From the NCBI RefSeq assembly GCF_009834535.1, contig NC_045696.1, forward strand, positions 32,862,001 through 32,926,000: 64,000 nucleotides of DNA, given 5' to 3'. The notes beneath the pieces are model-generated. The model ran no database searches. It was given only the letters and a program-made list of their open reading frames with translations, and was not told where the DNA came from. The stretch is from Camelus ferus (taxonomy: Eukaryota). The translations under genes and the position numbers were made by a program. Within the stretch, counting starts at the first letter, position 1. Each line of letters opens with the position of its first letter. This document shows, piece by piece, positions 28,338-42,744 of this stretch.

Positions 28338-29347
28338 AATAACCTTGTGGGTAATTGGAAGTTAAAAATGATATGTTGCTCAGAAAACAAGATAACCTGT
28401 TGAAAAATAATCAACAAAACTGTGGTAGTACATGGTTGAGAGAAACATGGTAACGTATTCAGAAAGCTAATTTCTCATCACAAATGTTTTACTGATGCAG
28501 ATGATTCATCTTCACAATAGATTGATGAGGGGCAGATTGATTTTTCTTACATGTGTTGAGTGCAACAGGATCCCATAAAATAAATTGTCTGATGACTAGA
28601 AACTTATATTCGTGTATGTGTTTCAAAGGAGTCACACTTGCCTGCTGCTTATAGAATTTACTCAAATAGATAGTTTTTTGTTTTTTTTTTTAATTTTCTT
28701 TTGGACTTTGCATAATGGATGGGCTTTTAAATTTTTTTTCTGCCATCCTTTATCATTTTGGGGGCCTACAATAAAACATTTTTTTTCTATAGAATATAAA
28801 AGAAATCATTCAATCTTCAATAGAAGAAAGGGCATTATAATCTACACAAATATAGTGACTACCCTGAGGCATCTGGCTTAGAGACAGGTAATTTTTTAAA
28901 ATATTTTGCAGTCAGTTGATGTAATCCTTTTGATTCAGCCTAAGGAAATGTAGTGCACCAAATATATAGTATTTTCTTAGAAGAGATTGCAAATGAAAGT
29001 TGACTTCTCATGTCTAAACTTTTGGTTAATGGCACTGAGGTTCACTTAACGTACTCTCAAGTGAAAAGAGGTATCATAAGGTTTTCCTGACCATTGCCAA
29101 ATAAAAGGAGCAAAAGAGAACCTATTTTGCTGGCCATTGTACAAGCACATTATGTAATATATGACATGCATATTTTGAAAAATGTAAATAAAAAGAAGAA
29201 ATATATGTTGAAAGAGTAAAAACAGAATGGAAGCTTAGAGTGGCAATAAAAAGAAAGAAAGACAGATACAGAGAAAGGTGAGTAAAATATGTCTCAACAT
29301 TCATTCATCTTTGGTTAGATCATCTCTGGCATCAATATATCCGTTGT

Positions 29348-29482
29348 ACCCTTGCTCCTCAAAATATGTCTGTGGACCAGCATCAAACTTTCAGGCTCCA
29401 CCTACAACTATTGAATCAGAATCTGCATTTTAATAAGGCACAAATGTGATTCATATGCACATTCCTTTTCAAGAAACACTAC
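29348..29482. mobile_element. MER5-like hAT-Charlie MITE fragment
   Basis: gtggaccagcatca...gaatcagaatctgcattttaataagg...tgattcatatgcacatt. Confidence 0.7.
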
Positions 29483-31770
29483 TCTTGATCACAATGTCAC
29501 GTAGTAACATGGGAAAGGAGAAAAAAATGAAAACTCTAAAATAAGACAGGATGAAACAAGAATACACATGGAAGCAGCAAATCAACTCTGCAACATAAGG
29601 AAAATTTCTATTGTTTCTGTTACAGTGTAATGTGTCAGTTATTTTATAAAGCTAGGAAGCAAAATAGAAATAAATTTTAAGTACAATTTCCTGTTTGAGG
29701 AGGATGTCAGCAGAAAATTTGGAGAAAGATACTATGATTGGCTCTTTTCCATGCTTTTTCCTTTTCATCTTATGCCTTTTAGTAAACCTATAAGCTGTCA
29801 CAGAAACTAATATTAAAAGCAACAAATTATACTTTTGTTTATTTTGTTGAATGATGCTCATTAAAATTTTATGTTATATACAATTGCTGTCAGATTTTAT
29901 GTGTCCAATTAATATTACATTAAATGGTACTTTTGTAAAAGAAGCAGTTAAAGGAAGCAGATGTGAGTTCTTAAAATGCAGCTATTATTAAACAAATTGG
30001 AAGCAATATTTTGGAATAATTTATCATAGATAGTATAACAATTATAAAAGCGGTTTGGTAAGAGATCTAAATTTTCTTATACTGCCACTACTTAGAGCTA
30101 TGAGCAAGAAAACATTGCTCATTGGACATAGATTTATAAGAAAGGATATAAAATATGAAAATGAGGCAACATTTTGTATATATTTATGAGACATTGAAAA
30201 ATAAAAGAACTCATTTTTTAATATAGCTGAGATCTATAAATGCATATGTATTATCCTGATACATTTTGACTGAAAGAGGATCATTTTATCTTTTACGCTA
30301 ATATTTTTTTAACTGAAATTAAATCTCATTTTTGAATGTAAAAATGTTAGAAATTACTTTGGTTAACAAAAAAGATATTTCATAAGACTAATGTTTATGA
30401 AAAACCTTGTATCCTGCATGATTAATTTATAGTTAAAAGACAGAGTTGGGAATTTTATGCTCTTTTCTTTCTTCCCAAATGTTAGAAATTTTTCTTACTC
30501 ACAAAAAGTGCCTAAATTATGTACATTTTTTGTAAAAGTCTTAATTAAATCATTATTTTCCTTATTTGTGAATATGGTCATAAACATACATTTTCAAAAC
30601 AAGACATGGAACATTTATCTAGTTTTATTCTTTACTAATATTTGTTTTATTTTTAAAACCAGTGACTAGGATAAATCATACTTCTGTGGAAATAAGTAAA
30701 ATTCAATGAGCCATGCAAATGTCTACCCATCAAATACATAAAATTCAATATTATTTTTAAAGTCAGGTCTTTACATAGAGCATCAAACAATTTATGCATT
30801 TTATGCAAAAGAACTCTTTTCTTAAAAATATCATTGTTCATTTGAAATGAAAGTCTAAGAAATCGGAACAGCTTTCTCTGTCAACTACATTCAGCTATAC
30901 TTAAGATCTTGTTAAAATGACATCTTAACCTTAGCCTATCATTTTAACTTCTAATTCATTAAAATTGCCCTCTTCTTATCAGCTACTTTAGACTTGAGAA
31001 ATTTCAAATGAAATGAAAATATTATTAAATCTCTTTTCCACCGAGAACAAATAATCCCTAAGTGCACCATTTAACAATGAATCTGACTCATGCACAGTAA
31101 GTTCAAATATTGATAAGTGAATTCACATCTGGATGAAAGTATCTTCATTCATACAGAAATGAATTCTTCAGCCAAGTGAAGAGCATTTATCTGAGTATAA
31201 ATTTCAGTGCAAATATATATGTATATATATTTAAATATATTTAAATACTCTAAAAATTCAGATGACTGTCCTCCTTTACTAAAGATGATGACTTTCTCAT
31301 CTTAGGTATTCTTTAGCAATTATGTCCACCTCACATTGTTCATATTAAAAGCATACTTTCTTTTAGGCATACCCAGATGGTTGTGAATTTGCCCTTCCCA
31401 ACTGTACTTGTGGTTCAGAGAATTAAGATTATCTTTAAGTATAACTGAAATCAAATGAAAAGATACTAATACTGTAAAATGGCCTGATTTTTCAAATGAA
31501 GTATAAAAAAAAACTTACATGAAAGAAATAAAAGTTCTATGACCTGCCATTTAATTTCTGTGTTTAACTTTTAAGATTTATTTCTGGAGTAGTTTTATTT
31601 TTCTTTGCTCAAATTGAAATGGATCAAATGTTAAACTAACAAATATTTGCTTTCCAAAATTGGGTAAAGATAGGGAGAAAGCGCTTCTAGTCAGTGTCTC
31701 GGGTAAATGAGATCTGTTACATTTTAAAAGAGAATTTCACAGAATTTTTAAATGGATATTTTATTTTCAG

Positions 31771-31941
31771 ATGTAAAATATTTAAAAGAAGAGGATGCAA
31801 ATCGCAAGACTTTCACAGTCAGCAGCACCCTGGATTTCCGAGTGGACCGCAGCGACGATGGCGTGGCAGTCATCTGTAGGGTGGACCACGAATCTCTCAA
31901 TGCCACCCCTCAGGTGGCCATGCAGGTGCTAGAAATACACT
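31771..31941 (+). CDS. CADM2: CADM2 internal coding exon (171 bp, phase 1-1), C-terminal half of Ig domain 2
   Basis: Acceptor attttcag| and donor T|gtaagt. Translates (D)VKYLKEEDANRKTFTVSSTLDFRVDRSDDGVAVICRVDHESLNATPQVAMQVLEIH(Y). Overlaps ORF 31752..31949. Confidence 0.97.
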
Positions 31942-32469
31942 GTAAGTAAATGCTACTCCTCAACTCTTTATCTTGGCAGCAGATCCCTTCATCTACATTT
32001 AAAATCATTTCAGTATTTCCTGAAGTTACAGCAAATGTGCAGCAAAATCTAGAGCAAAATGATGTAAAATTACTCTTACTAGTATTAATCACATTCAACG
32101 GAAAGTAGTCTTTGCCAGAGTATCATTCTTGACAAGGAAGAAAAGTAAAGGAGATAGCAAAAGGTTAAAACTCCTAATTATCTCTCAATTGTTGGCTTGA
32201 TGTATGTGTATGCATTCTAGTTGGTAGGAAGAGCAGTAATTTTGGCAGAATCAGAGAGGTGGGAATCTGATAAAACCTCAAAGAACTTTCTAAACATAAC
32301 TTTATTATATGAAACGTGGCTTCCCATCTGTTTTTTAAATTAGAATTTTTTTTTTACTATTCTTAAAAAATATACTAAATCTTTATGAAGACAGGGGCAT
32401 ATCTATTATGCTGTCTTTCTTAACATCGTTATTGTTTACAAGTGTTAAGAACATTAATTGGATGACTCC

Positions 32470-32665
32470 AGTGAGCACAGGCAGTGCTAAATGCTTTGCT
32501 GGTATTATCTCAATTCATGGTATCTCACGTAAGGACATCCGCATAACAACGTGATCAATAGTTACTACTCTCTTTAGTCATGATTTATGGATAAGAACAC
32601 TGAAGTTTATAGTGGTTGAGTCACTTGGCCAAGTTCATACAACCAGCAAATGGTAGACTTATAAT
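32470..32665 (-). mobile_element. MIR SINE
   Basis: ggcagtgctaaatgcttt...tttatggataagaacactgaag...gtcacttggccaagttcatacaaccagcaaatggtag. Confidence 0.62.
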
Positions 32666-32979
32666 CATGACACTTGTAGTTAGCAAGGTCCTTGGGATAT
32701 AGTAGATGATCTAGAAATATCTATCAAAATGAGAATGAGTGGAATTGAAATATGTAAGGTAAAGTTAAAAAAAGTAGAGCACAAAGAGTTATAATTCTGA
32801 ATCATTTTACTTGAATATTTCATATATTAGAGTTTTTTTGGTTTGGCTTTGTTATGTGTGATAATTTATAGCTTCAATTTAGAATGCATATGTGTGATAT
32901 AAAATTGCATTGAATCTTAAAATTAAGATTAAATTAAGCCTAAGTACTGATCCTCTAATATGCCTCATTGTATTTTGTT

Positions 32980-33075
32980 TTCATTTATCTATTCAACAAG
33001 AATATATCGAGTGCCTGCTATGAAACAGGCATTCTTTTGGGCACTGGGGTTGCAGAAGTGAAGAAAGTAGAACAT
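32980..33075 (-). mobile_element. LINE-2 3'-end fragment
   Basis: tcatttatctattcaacaagaatatatcgagtgcctgctatg...ggcactggggttgcagaagtgaa. Confidence 0.62.
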
Positions 33076-33247
33076 CATTAACAAAACTAAGTGAGGTGGT
33101 CTCCAAGTGTCAAAAGTACCACCACTACCAGTGGCAACAAACTCTATCTAGTTCATAAACTAGAGAATTAATTTCTGCGCAAACTAGACAACTTAAGTCA
33201 AGTTTATGGCATTCAGTAACCCTACAATAAATGTCAAATGCCTTCTT

Positions 33248-33442
33248 TCTTAGTGGGTTCAGGCTGCTGTGACAAAAATACCATAGACTGGGTGGCTTAT
33301 AAACAACAGAAGTTTGTTTCTCACAGTCCTGGAGGCCTAAAGTTCAAGACCAGGGAGCAGCCACATTCAGTATCTGGTGAGGACCTTTACCCTGGTTCAT
33401 AGTCGGCCATCTTTTCTCCATGTCTGCACATGGCAGGAAGGC
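33248..33442 (-). mobile_element. MaLR LTR fragment (MLT1A/MST-like)
   Basis: ggctgctgtgacaaaaataccatagactgggtggcttataaacaacagaagtttgtttctcacagtcctggaggc. Confidence 0.8.
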
Positions 33443-36400
33443 CATTTACAACCACAGAAAGCACAGATGTTAAAGCAGAACTAGATTTGCTATTATAAAG
33501 ATGCTGTAGTTAATCACGCTAATTTTTGAGGTTTCGCTGAATATCTTGGTCTCTGCTTTCAGACCTGGTCATGGAATAGACTTGCCTTTTCTTATTCCAC
33601 CCCATAGTCACTGAGTAGCTTTATCGGATTATTGTTTAGATTCTAGAGAATTGCTTATGTTTGTTGAAGCTATTTCAGCCTAGCTGTAAGATGCCAATTG
33701 TTAGCTACCAAAGTCATTTTCACTTCCTTGGAAGTCCAGAATGGAACTATTATACATATCGGGCATTTTTAGCTGTTCACCATATTTCATTGAGCATTAT
33801 TAAGCAAACTTCATGGGGGAAGGCAATTGAATTATTTAATTTTTGCAGAATTTTACATAAAAAATGTTACACTTGATGGCCAATTAAAAACAACAACTCA
33901 TTCTATGGTGGTTTAATATGTAAATGGCTAGAAGGCAGAGACTAAATCTATTTAAATTATTTTTTATAGCATCTAGCGTACCATCATTCAAATATGTGAA
34001 GTTAATTAAAACTAACTGATGATAATGCTGAATGTTCCTTTAGGGGTGCAGAATATTCCCCAGGGGTAGAATGAGGACTGGAAAGTAGAGAGGGACAGTT
34101 AATAACAGTTGGCATCAAAATTCAAGCAAACTGAGCAAATTGAGTGTGGTCTTCATAGACACCTAAGAATAAGGAAAAAAAGTCTCATGGTTGTTTCCAG
34201 ACGCAGCAGATGGTTTCAGATAAGTTTCACATTTGTATGATGTGAAAAATTTCATGGATGCTAATGGGGGGAAATAGAAAGAAGAATTATAAAAGGGAAA
34301 AGATAGCTAGTCTTGAATGTATGGAATATAAATTTAGGATTTCCACTTTGTTTTACAATGTTTCTATTATGATTATTCACCAAGACTGGCCCCAGTAGAG
34401 GAACATTTAGTTTTTTGGACCCCCAGAGCAGAAGAGACACAATTGTTTTATGTGGTGACTGACAAGAGCAAGTATATATACCTACAGTAATGGGAAGTTA
34501 TGACTACACCTGAAATAAAAACCTTGTGTTATTGCAAAAAGGCAAGTTTGATGAGAAATGACCTAAGGGTTAAACACATAGCACCAAGGAGCATAATGAA
34601 AACAAATAGTAGGAGGGGTTGCATTTCTAGAGCTAAATGTTTTAACTCTGTAACCCTGTGATACACAATTTAGAAGGACTAAGCCAAAAAAAAGTATCGC
34701 AGCAACATTCATTTCTTTATAAAATGTTAATCTTAAATTTTAATGACACTATGATGGAAGAAAGTTTCTTTAAACTTGAAATGTAAGAAAATGTACACTT
34801 TTCACTGTGAACCACAAATGCTTGCAAATTTCAAGTAATAGGTAATAGCATACTTTGCACCTGAGCAGTGGGAAAAGCCAGTCTTTTTTTTTACAGATGG
34901 ATATTCTAATTCATCTTCTTATTTTTACACAGATCACGTTGAAAACAATAACTTCTGTCTGATTTAATTTTAGAACAGATTGTATGAGTCAAATTTTATT
35001 TAGTTCTCAGTAAGAATAGTGTGTCGCCTCTAACAGATAGAACTATGAACAAAATACAGAAAAGAAGAAAATAACTGAACATTCATTTTCTGTGGTGACA
35101 TTGACAAAATTACATAAAAATCAGCTGTTATTGAAAATGAAAACACAAGAGACAGATTAGTAAAATATTTCAGAATAATGAGTATTATGAGAAATCATTT
35201 TAGCATTGTGGCACTGAACTGCTAATATGGATAAATAAGAACCCAAATTTTAAGTCTGTATGTGTATGTGTGTTGTAAGGTACATTATATATAATCATTG
35301 AATCATGAAATCTTAAGCTGTCAGTAATATTTGTTTAGTATTTCTACTGTGTGACAGTGCCATGCTTTTCCTATAAAACAAATAATTATTTACACATGCA
35401 TGTCATCAACTTTTGAAACAATACATGGTTAAATATGTCATAGAAGAGGACCAAACTAAACAAATTCAGTATAAGCACCATATAAGAAAAAGAAAGTAAA
35501 TGAAAGAGAGGAGGGAGTGAGTGACTCTAGAAGCTGCCATATTGAAATTGTGTGCTTAAATGAGATCAATCAGGTTAATGACTGTAAATAAGAAATGCAA
35601 TATATACCTTAATAACCAAAAATCTCCTGGACCCATTACTATAATAACATAAGGAATTAAACGGTCAATTTACTGTCTTGATCTTTAGCTTCTTGAGGCT
35701 TTTATTTCCATTCTAAGTAACATGCAAATAAATAGTGCAATTAATCCATTTTCTGCTTAATGCCTTATGTTTAAAAATGTATTTCTAAAGAGATTCCTTT
35801 CCTGTTTTGCCCTTTTAAACAGAATTACTTTGTGCTGAGAGGAACTGAATTCTCAACTGTACATATCTGCTACTTTTCTGGGTCATGTGATATACATGAT
35901 TAGTTCTCCCTTTGGGTCTACTTATTTCAATAAAATAGATTTAAAAAATGAAATTCTGCTTATTGTAGAAGAGAGTCAATACAGATGGGTTTGGAGGCGT
36001 CTAATTATTTTGTTTATAACTTCATTTCCACCGTAGACTGACATGGTACAGAAATATTTTCAAATATAGGCAGAGATTCTTTATTAAGTGTAGCTTTGGC
36101 ATTTGTCTTTTTCCATTGATTGAAAAATAATTATTTCCATCTACTTAGTCCTCCCTACACAAATCTGTACACCTCTTTAGCCCAGGTAAGAGTCTTTTAA
36201 GTTGTCCTGTGTTAGTTATGTCAACTATGCTTCCACTACTTTTCCATTTGTTATAGAAAGCAGTTGATTAAATGTTTGAGGCTACATAGGTTTGTTGGAC
36301 AGAAAGGTGAATGTTACAAGTAGCATTTTAAAATAACATGCCGCACACATCTGGTGTTCCATGTGTAAAATGCTGATTTTCTAATTACCTTGTCTGTGAC

Positions 36401-37639
36401 AAATTTTCTATGGTCCAGAGGCATAGACTATAAAAGGAACCAGGAAAGGTGAAATGAAAACTATCTTTAGGTTAAATTTTAAAAATTAAAATAAACTGTT
36501 CTTTTGATACACCAAATGTCACATTTGTGCATGAGGGTGCCTTGGAAGTATTTTTAATAGAGCCCAAAATATTTCACAAACCTCATGAAATGTGTACATA
36601 CTAGAATCATGAAATGATCTATTCCGCATAGCAAAAAGATATTTAACTTCATTAACAAAAGTAGCCTAATGTACAGCCTCTATTTGAGATGCCAATAGGT
36701 TTTTCAACTTTTTCAGGGAAGATACACTTATTTATTACCGTTTATCATATTACTCATAGTAATGTATTACCAGCACATTTTTATCATGAGTTAATTCTTT
36801 TTTCTTTTATATATGATAGGACTATTTTATTTAGTCCCTGGCAATATCAAATTATTAGAAGTAATTGGATCAACAAATATTTTAAGTGATCTAAATGCAA
36901 GGATTCAAATGTTACTGTAATGTTTCTATTATTAATAGGTCTAACATTTTTTGTGTTATTAAAGTCCAATGAAGAGGAGTGTATGTTTGTGAATAGATTC
37001 TAAATGTTTAAAAACAACAGATTCGTTGATTAAAATAACATAATATAGTCTCAAATGGCTTTTCCTAATCAAACTGATCATAAAATATGTATTTATAAAA
37101 CTTTTTAGAAATCTTAACATTGTTTTAACCATTCAAATTAACTTCATATAAAGAGAGTCAAAAATAGTCCCCAAATGATGTAATGTATATATAGTAGAGA
37201 TGTTAGTGTATCTTTTGCAGATAATGTTAGGTTATTTTAATAGAGAAAAAAATGAATAAGAAAATGAAACAATTTTGGCAAGTAAAACCTAATATAAACA
37301 TGTTATTACTAGCTAGTATTTTAAAGTTTCCATTTAATAACCAATTCTATTTTATAAATCTATTTGTAAAAGATACTTAAAAACTGATTTTTTTTCAAAG
37401 TGACTGCATTTTTAATGTCCCTTATACTTTCAAGACTGTTCTAGTTCTGTTTTTCTGAATGAATTATAACACACACACACACACATGAATACAGACACAC
37501 GTTTCTAAGAGAAAAATAGATGATTAGAACACTACTGTAATAGATTGATATATAAACTTTATTAGATTAGCTCTTAATATATCAGCAAAGATTGTCTATA
37601 CTATTTATAATCTCGGTTCAGTAGACTTTTTTTTTAATC

Positions 37640-37890
37640 AAAATGCTTTATTTTTTAGAGCAGCTTTCAGTTAACAGAAAAATGAATCAGAAAGTACAGA
37701 ATTCCCATATACACCATCATCTCACCTCCATCACAATGTCTCCTATTATTAACATTTTGCATTTTTGTGGCCCTTTTTTTTTTTTAACGGCTGATGAGCC
37801 AATATTAATAGATTATTATTAACAAAAGTTTATAATTTAGAGTTTGCTCTTTATGCTGTGTACTTCTTACCAATTTATAATGTCAGGTAG
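37640..37890 (-). mobile_element. L1MC-like 3'-end fragment
   Basis: ttttttagagcagctttcagttaacagaaaaatgaatcagaaagtacagaattcccatatac motif. Confidence 0.65.
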
Positions 37891-38839
37891 CCATAGACAT
37901 TTTGTTTTTAGTTCTTTTTAGGTTTTAAGTTTTGGGGTTTTTTTTAATGATGTGTAGATGTAATAATAAAGGGGAAGGGATAGCAAAAAACAACTTTATT
38001 AGACTCTTTAATAAGAATTTAAATATAGCAAACTTGAATTTCTATTTAATATTTTCTGGGTTTGATGATATATATTCCCAAAATGGGCAACAACTGCCAT
38101 GCAAGATCCTGGAATATATCCATATTCTAAGTACTGAGTCCAGACTTCAAATATATCTTTAATGTGTCCTCTCTTAACTGCTTCTCTTTCTTCCTGCACT
38201 TGATAGTTCATAATTTTTTTTGAAGGGAGTAAAAATACCTTTTTTCTATCATTGCAAAACATTTCATTTTTAGATTTATAAGCACCAATTACATTTTAAA
38301 AAATTATTAATGTCTTTATCATGAATTACCTTCAACATGTTTCTGCTTATAAATTATAAATTCTTTTGCACAAAGAAGCACCAAAGATGACAGAATATTG
38401 TCATATTTTCTTTTTAGCAAAATCATGTTGCAGAATACTGTGTATGAAGTCTTTCCTTGTTTCCTTATAAATTGTTCACTTACCAATTTTTGAATTTGCT
38501 AAAATTCATCGAGATTAAGTGAAGACTTCTGTTTCACCATTTTCACTAGATTCTTGACTTCTACTATCTTCTCCTTGCATTTATTGTCTGACCTAATAAT
38601 TTTGAAATACCTTTCTCTGTCAGTGTCCTTCTCTTGCCATTATGAGCAGAAAATGAAGATTCTAAATTTTCAGCTGAGATCATGAGTACTAAACACCCAA
38701 CAAACAACCAAATGAAACTATGATGATGGTGTTTTTATTTCTAAACTTCTCTTCCACAATCATGAAGGAAAATGCATAACCTGAACAACCCTGTAAGTAA
38801 ATAGGAATCAGGCAGTGGTGATGATTTATATCACCCTTG

Positions 38840-39048
38840 TGTAATCCTTCCACATCAGCAACTTACTGTGATGATGGAAATGTTCTATATCTGTCCCAAA
38901 ATAGTAGCCAATAGCTGGCTAGACGTGGCTGCTCAGCATGTGAAATGTGGGTCTTGTGACTAAGGAACTGCAGTTAAAATTTTATTTAATTTTAATCAAT
39001 TTGCATTTAAATAGCCACATGTTGTTACTATATTGGTCAGCAACACTG
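38840..39048. mobile_element. MER3-like hAT-Charlie element
   Basis: tgtgatgatggaaatgttctatatctg...tgaaatgtgg...gactaaggaactg...tttaaatagccacatg. Confidence 0.75.
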
Positions 39049-40559
39049 TATAATTTCATCATACTTTCATTGTCATTATGTCATCCCTTTTAACATAGTT
39101 GGGGATAATTGATGAGTTAGGAATGAGTTAATAGTGAAGTAATTCATAGAATGCCAAAGTAACAAGATTTGTTACCAGAAATATGATACATATCATATCA
39201 TAATATATCTTACACTGACAAAAATCAAACATATTTGTTGACATTAGGAAAATAAAAACAATTTTTTTTCCATTATAAAAGCTACAAAAAAATGTTCTCA
39301 TTGTAAAGGAGAAACTTCATGGAGACCATCTGCTCTAACTATGCAATAATTTTTTTCACTTGACTTTTCTCAATTTAAATATATTTCCAAATATGCCACT
39401 AAATTTAAGAATTAGTATTACAATTTTTATTGTATTGTCATGGTGATTATGATAATTGATGATGATTTTGGCCTTTCACATATTTACCAAAATTATATCT
39501 AAGGGGACATTTTAAAGATTAGATCATGTATGAAATAAAAACAAATCTAATAGTTGACTAAATGGCTAACAAACAGGAAATGGAGTATCAACTTCCACAC
39601 TAAGCTTTATAGTTTTATGCTGTCATTGTATTTGACCTAACCTGTGCATTGTGTATTAATATTGTATGTTTGTTAAATAAACATCAAACGCTTAAGCTAT
39701 CCCATGACAGATTTATAAAAGCTAAAACAAGTTGATATAAATGTGTTTATTCCATTGTTTATTGTTTCTTTTTGTGTCCCCATGAGGAATCCATTTAATG
39801 TTGCTTTTGATAAACTTCATTTAAAAAAGCGTCAAAAACGTAAACAGCTTAAAAATGTTTAAAAACACAGTGAGTTCATATTTTTTGCTTTGTCCTTTAA
39901 ATGATGATATGGAGCCTTTTTTTTTCAAAACTAGGCTTTCAAAAGTGTCAAAATGTCTTATCTAGTTTTGAAATTTGACAACTGGCCTTTCTGATGCCTT
40001 TTCCTAAGTAATCCATCACAGTGTTGAAACCATCAACTAGTTGAATTTGTTCTATCTCCCTCCCAAGCACAACTAACTCTATCAACAATCTTGAATCAAA
40101 ACTATGCAGTTTGTATCAAATCAGACCATTAGTTTAGGAGAGTTTCATTCAATAGATTCCAAAATTTTATTTATTTTATTACTTTAACTGTTACAAATTC
40201 CTAAATTATATATTTCTTTATTCCCTAAATATTTTCATTATTCTAATAACAGGAATAAAATATTGGAGAAACAATTATATTAAGCTAAAATGTAAGTAAA
40301 GATAACAAATGAGATACAGAGAAAATGTGCTTAGAGTAATGTACTATGGAGCCCCCAATGATAGAAATTTATGAATTCAAATATAAACAAAAATATCAAT
40401 GCATTTATTATGTGTATTTTTCCTGCCATCTTTTTCTTTTCCATAAGATCTTCCTTGTGACTTTACTTTATCATAGAGACATAATTTACTTTAAATTGCT
40501 TCCTGATCTGATCAGTTTTACATATTGTCAAGTATCTCCTAAAGCCTGCTTTCTGATCC

Positions 40560-41112
40560 TTACACTAACTTGATCACAAACTTAAGATGACTTCTTACTG
40601 CCTCTAGCAAAATGTCCACATTCTTTGGCCTGAAATTCAAGGCTTTGAAAATATAATCGCCTATAATGCTGCTCTCAGCACCCATTTTTAGGTAATGCAC
40701 CCTACACTTGGAAGTATTTCTAGATGCCTCATATAGTCCACACTCTTCTCTACATCAACCTTTTGTTCAGCTCTTTGCCTCAAGTTCCTTTCTTTTATCC
40801 CTCTAGAAAATTCTGCCAGTCTAAATACTATGTATTGTTTGAATTGTTTTAAGTAGCGACTTGTTTAGGTAACTTTCTTGGTTTCTGACAAATATGTGTA
40901 ATCTCTTCTTCCAGAACTCCCATGATGTTTCACCAGAATGCTGTGTTGCTTTCAGTTGTGAACTTTGCATTATTTTGAACTATGCATGATTTATCTTCCT
41001 TATTGGGACTAAATTACTGTGGATATGTAGCACTTGAATAGTAGTAGTAATGTGTCTTGTACTTATTATAAATATGTATTATTTGTACATATTTGTCAAG
41101 CAAATAAATGAT
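40560..41112 (+). mobile_element. LINE-2 3' fragment
   Basis: aaaatgtccacattctttggcctgaaattcaaggct...tagcacttg...atttgtcaagcaaataaatga; highly diverged. Confidence 0.5.
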
Positions 41113-41589
41113 GGCCACAAGAGTAAGTTTTCACTAGAATTATAAGAAGTTGTCAGACAGTTGAAAGAAAAGTACCTGATAGTTTTGAGCATTATGAAAA
41201 GAATGTTGTGAGTTAAAAGGAAAGTAAAAGTTTGAGTTTTACTGGAAAATTACAAATAGGAAAAATAAATTAGACATCTTAGAAGAAGTCAGTCTTACAC
41301 AGAGAGAATGAATAGCAGGTAGTGCTGCAGCTGAAACGGTTCTGGTTAATTCTGTGTATATCAACCCACTACTCCCAATAAAAAGTGATAGACCTTGAGG
41401 TAGAGATCGAGCTTGATTTGCAGCTTTTTATTTCAGGAAAGTATCCTAATGGCCTGAGCCAGAGTATTCAGCATTTCCTTCATTTCAGATATCCAAGCAT
41501 CACATATAAATGCACTCAGTTTCACAGTTCTCTAGTACTTCCCAATTCCAGTAACAAGGAAGAGATATATAGATAATGAAGTGAGTCAA

Positions 41590-41812
41590 TATAAATATCT
41601 TAGAGGAGGACACCATTAATATTTTGGGTCCACATAATTCTTTGTTGTGGAGGGACTGTCTTGTGCATTGTAGGATGTTTATCTAATGGGTAGAAGCTAC
41701 CCATTAGATAGTATCCCCTCTCCTTATCTCCTGCACTGTAATAGCCAAAAATGTCTCCAGAAATTGTCAAATGGCCTCGGGGGGACAAAATTATTGCTAA
41801 TGGAGAACCATT
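41590..41812. mobile_element. MER20-like hAT-Charlie element
   Basis: ataattctttgttgtggagggactgtcttgtgcattgtaggatgttta...ccaaaaatgtctccaga...gagaacca. Confidence 0.8.
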
Positions 41813-42119
41813 AACTATTCCAGAGTAAACTCTAAAGTGGCTTCACAGAAGTGAATTGTTGCATAATTTTCTGTGTATTAATGAAATTACCAAGAGATTT
41901 TTATAAGGGTGCTAAATAAAGTATTTTGTTCGAAAACCATGTAATATAGTTGCCATTAAGGCAAAGAATCACAACTCCTTCACCTGCAAAATACTTAAAA
42001 GTTGCTAAATTCCCCTTGACAGAAATTTGCTGTGGGGATATTTCAATGTTATTCATGAAGAAGAAGAATATGTAAATAAGAAAGATACATTGTAATATAT
42101 AAGGTAATATACAAATTTA

Positions 42120-42422
42120 TATTTCCCCAGTTTTATTCATATGTAATTGATATATAACATTGTAATAGTTTAAGGTATACAACATAACTATTCAACCTAT
42201 GTATATATAGCTGAATGATTACCATAATGTTCAATTAATATCCATCACTGCACATAATTACAGATTTTTTCCTTGCAAGAAGAACTTTTAAGATCTACTC
42301 TCCAAACAACTTTTAAATATACACTACAGTATTGTTAACTATAGTCACTGTGTTGTACATTACATCCCCAGAACTTACTAATCTTGTCACTGGAAGTTTG
42401 TACCTGTTAATCACCTTCACTC
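42120..42422 (-). mobile_element. L1MA-like 3'-end fragment
   Basis: tttaagatctactctc...aaatatacactacagtattgttaactatagtcac...tacattacatccccagaactta motif. Confidence 0.72.
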
Positions 42423-42744
42423 AAAGAGTATTTTCATCTGTCAAAGAAAAAAAGACATGAGAGAGAGATGTGAGAGAGTTTTTAAAAAAGTTAGAGAGAC
42501 AGAGACAGAAAGGTTATGCATAGAACTCAGTAACATTGTCAGATATGTTTTACAACTTGCAGATCATGTAGAGACAAAGCAAGTCTGGGGCCCTGTTCCA
42601 ATTCAACCAGATGGAGGAAGAGTTGATTCTGAATACCAATAGAGCACGTATTACCATAAGCATCAATCCCTCTTGTACTCAAAAGAGAACAGAAAACACA
42701 GACTTGCTGAGGTGTGGTAGATCAGGAGAGATTCACACTGTCGA

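Noticed and set aside
28247..28350. Repeat-spacer-repeat pattern superficially like a CRISPR array
   Set aside because: Only two copies with a 7-bp self-derived spacer, in a mammalian intron with no cas genes.
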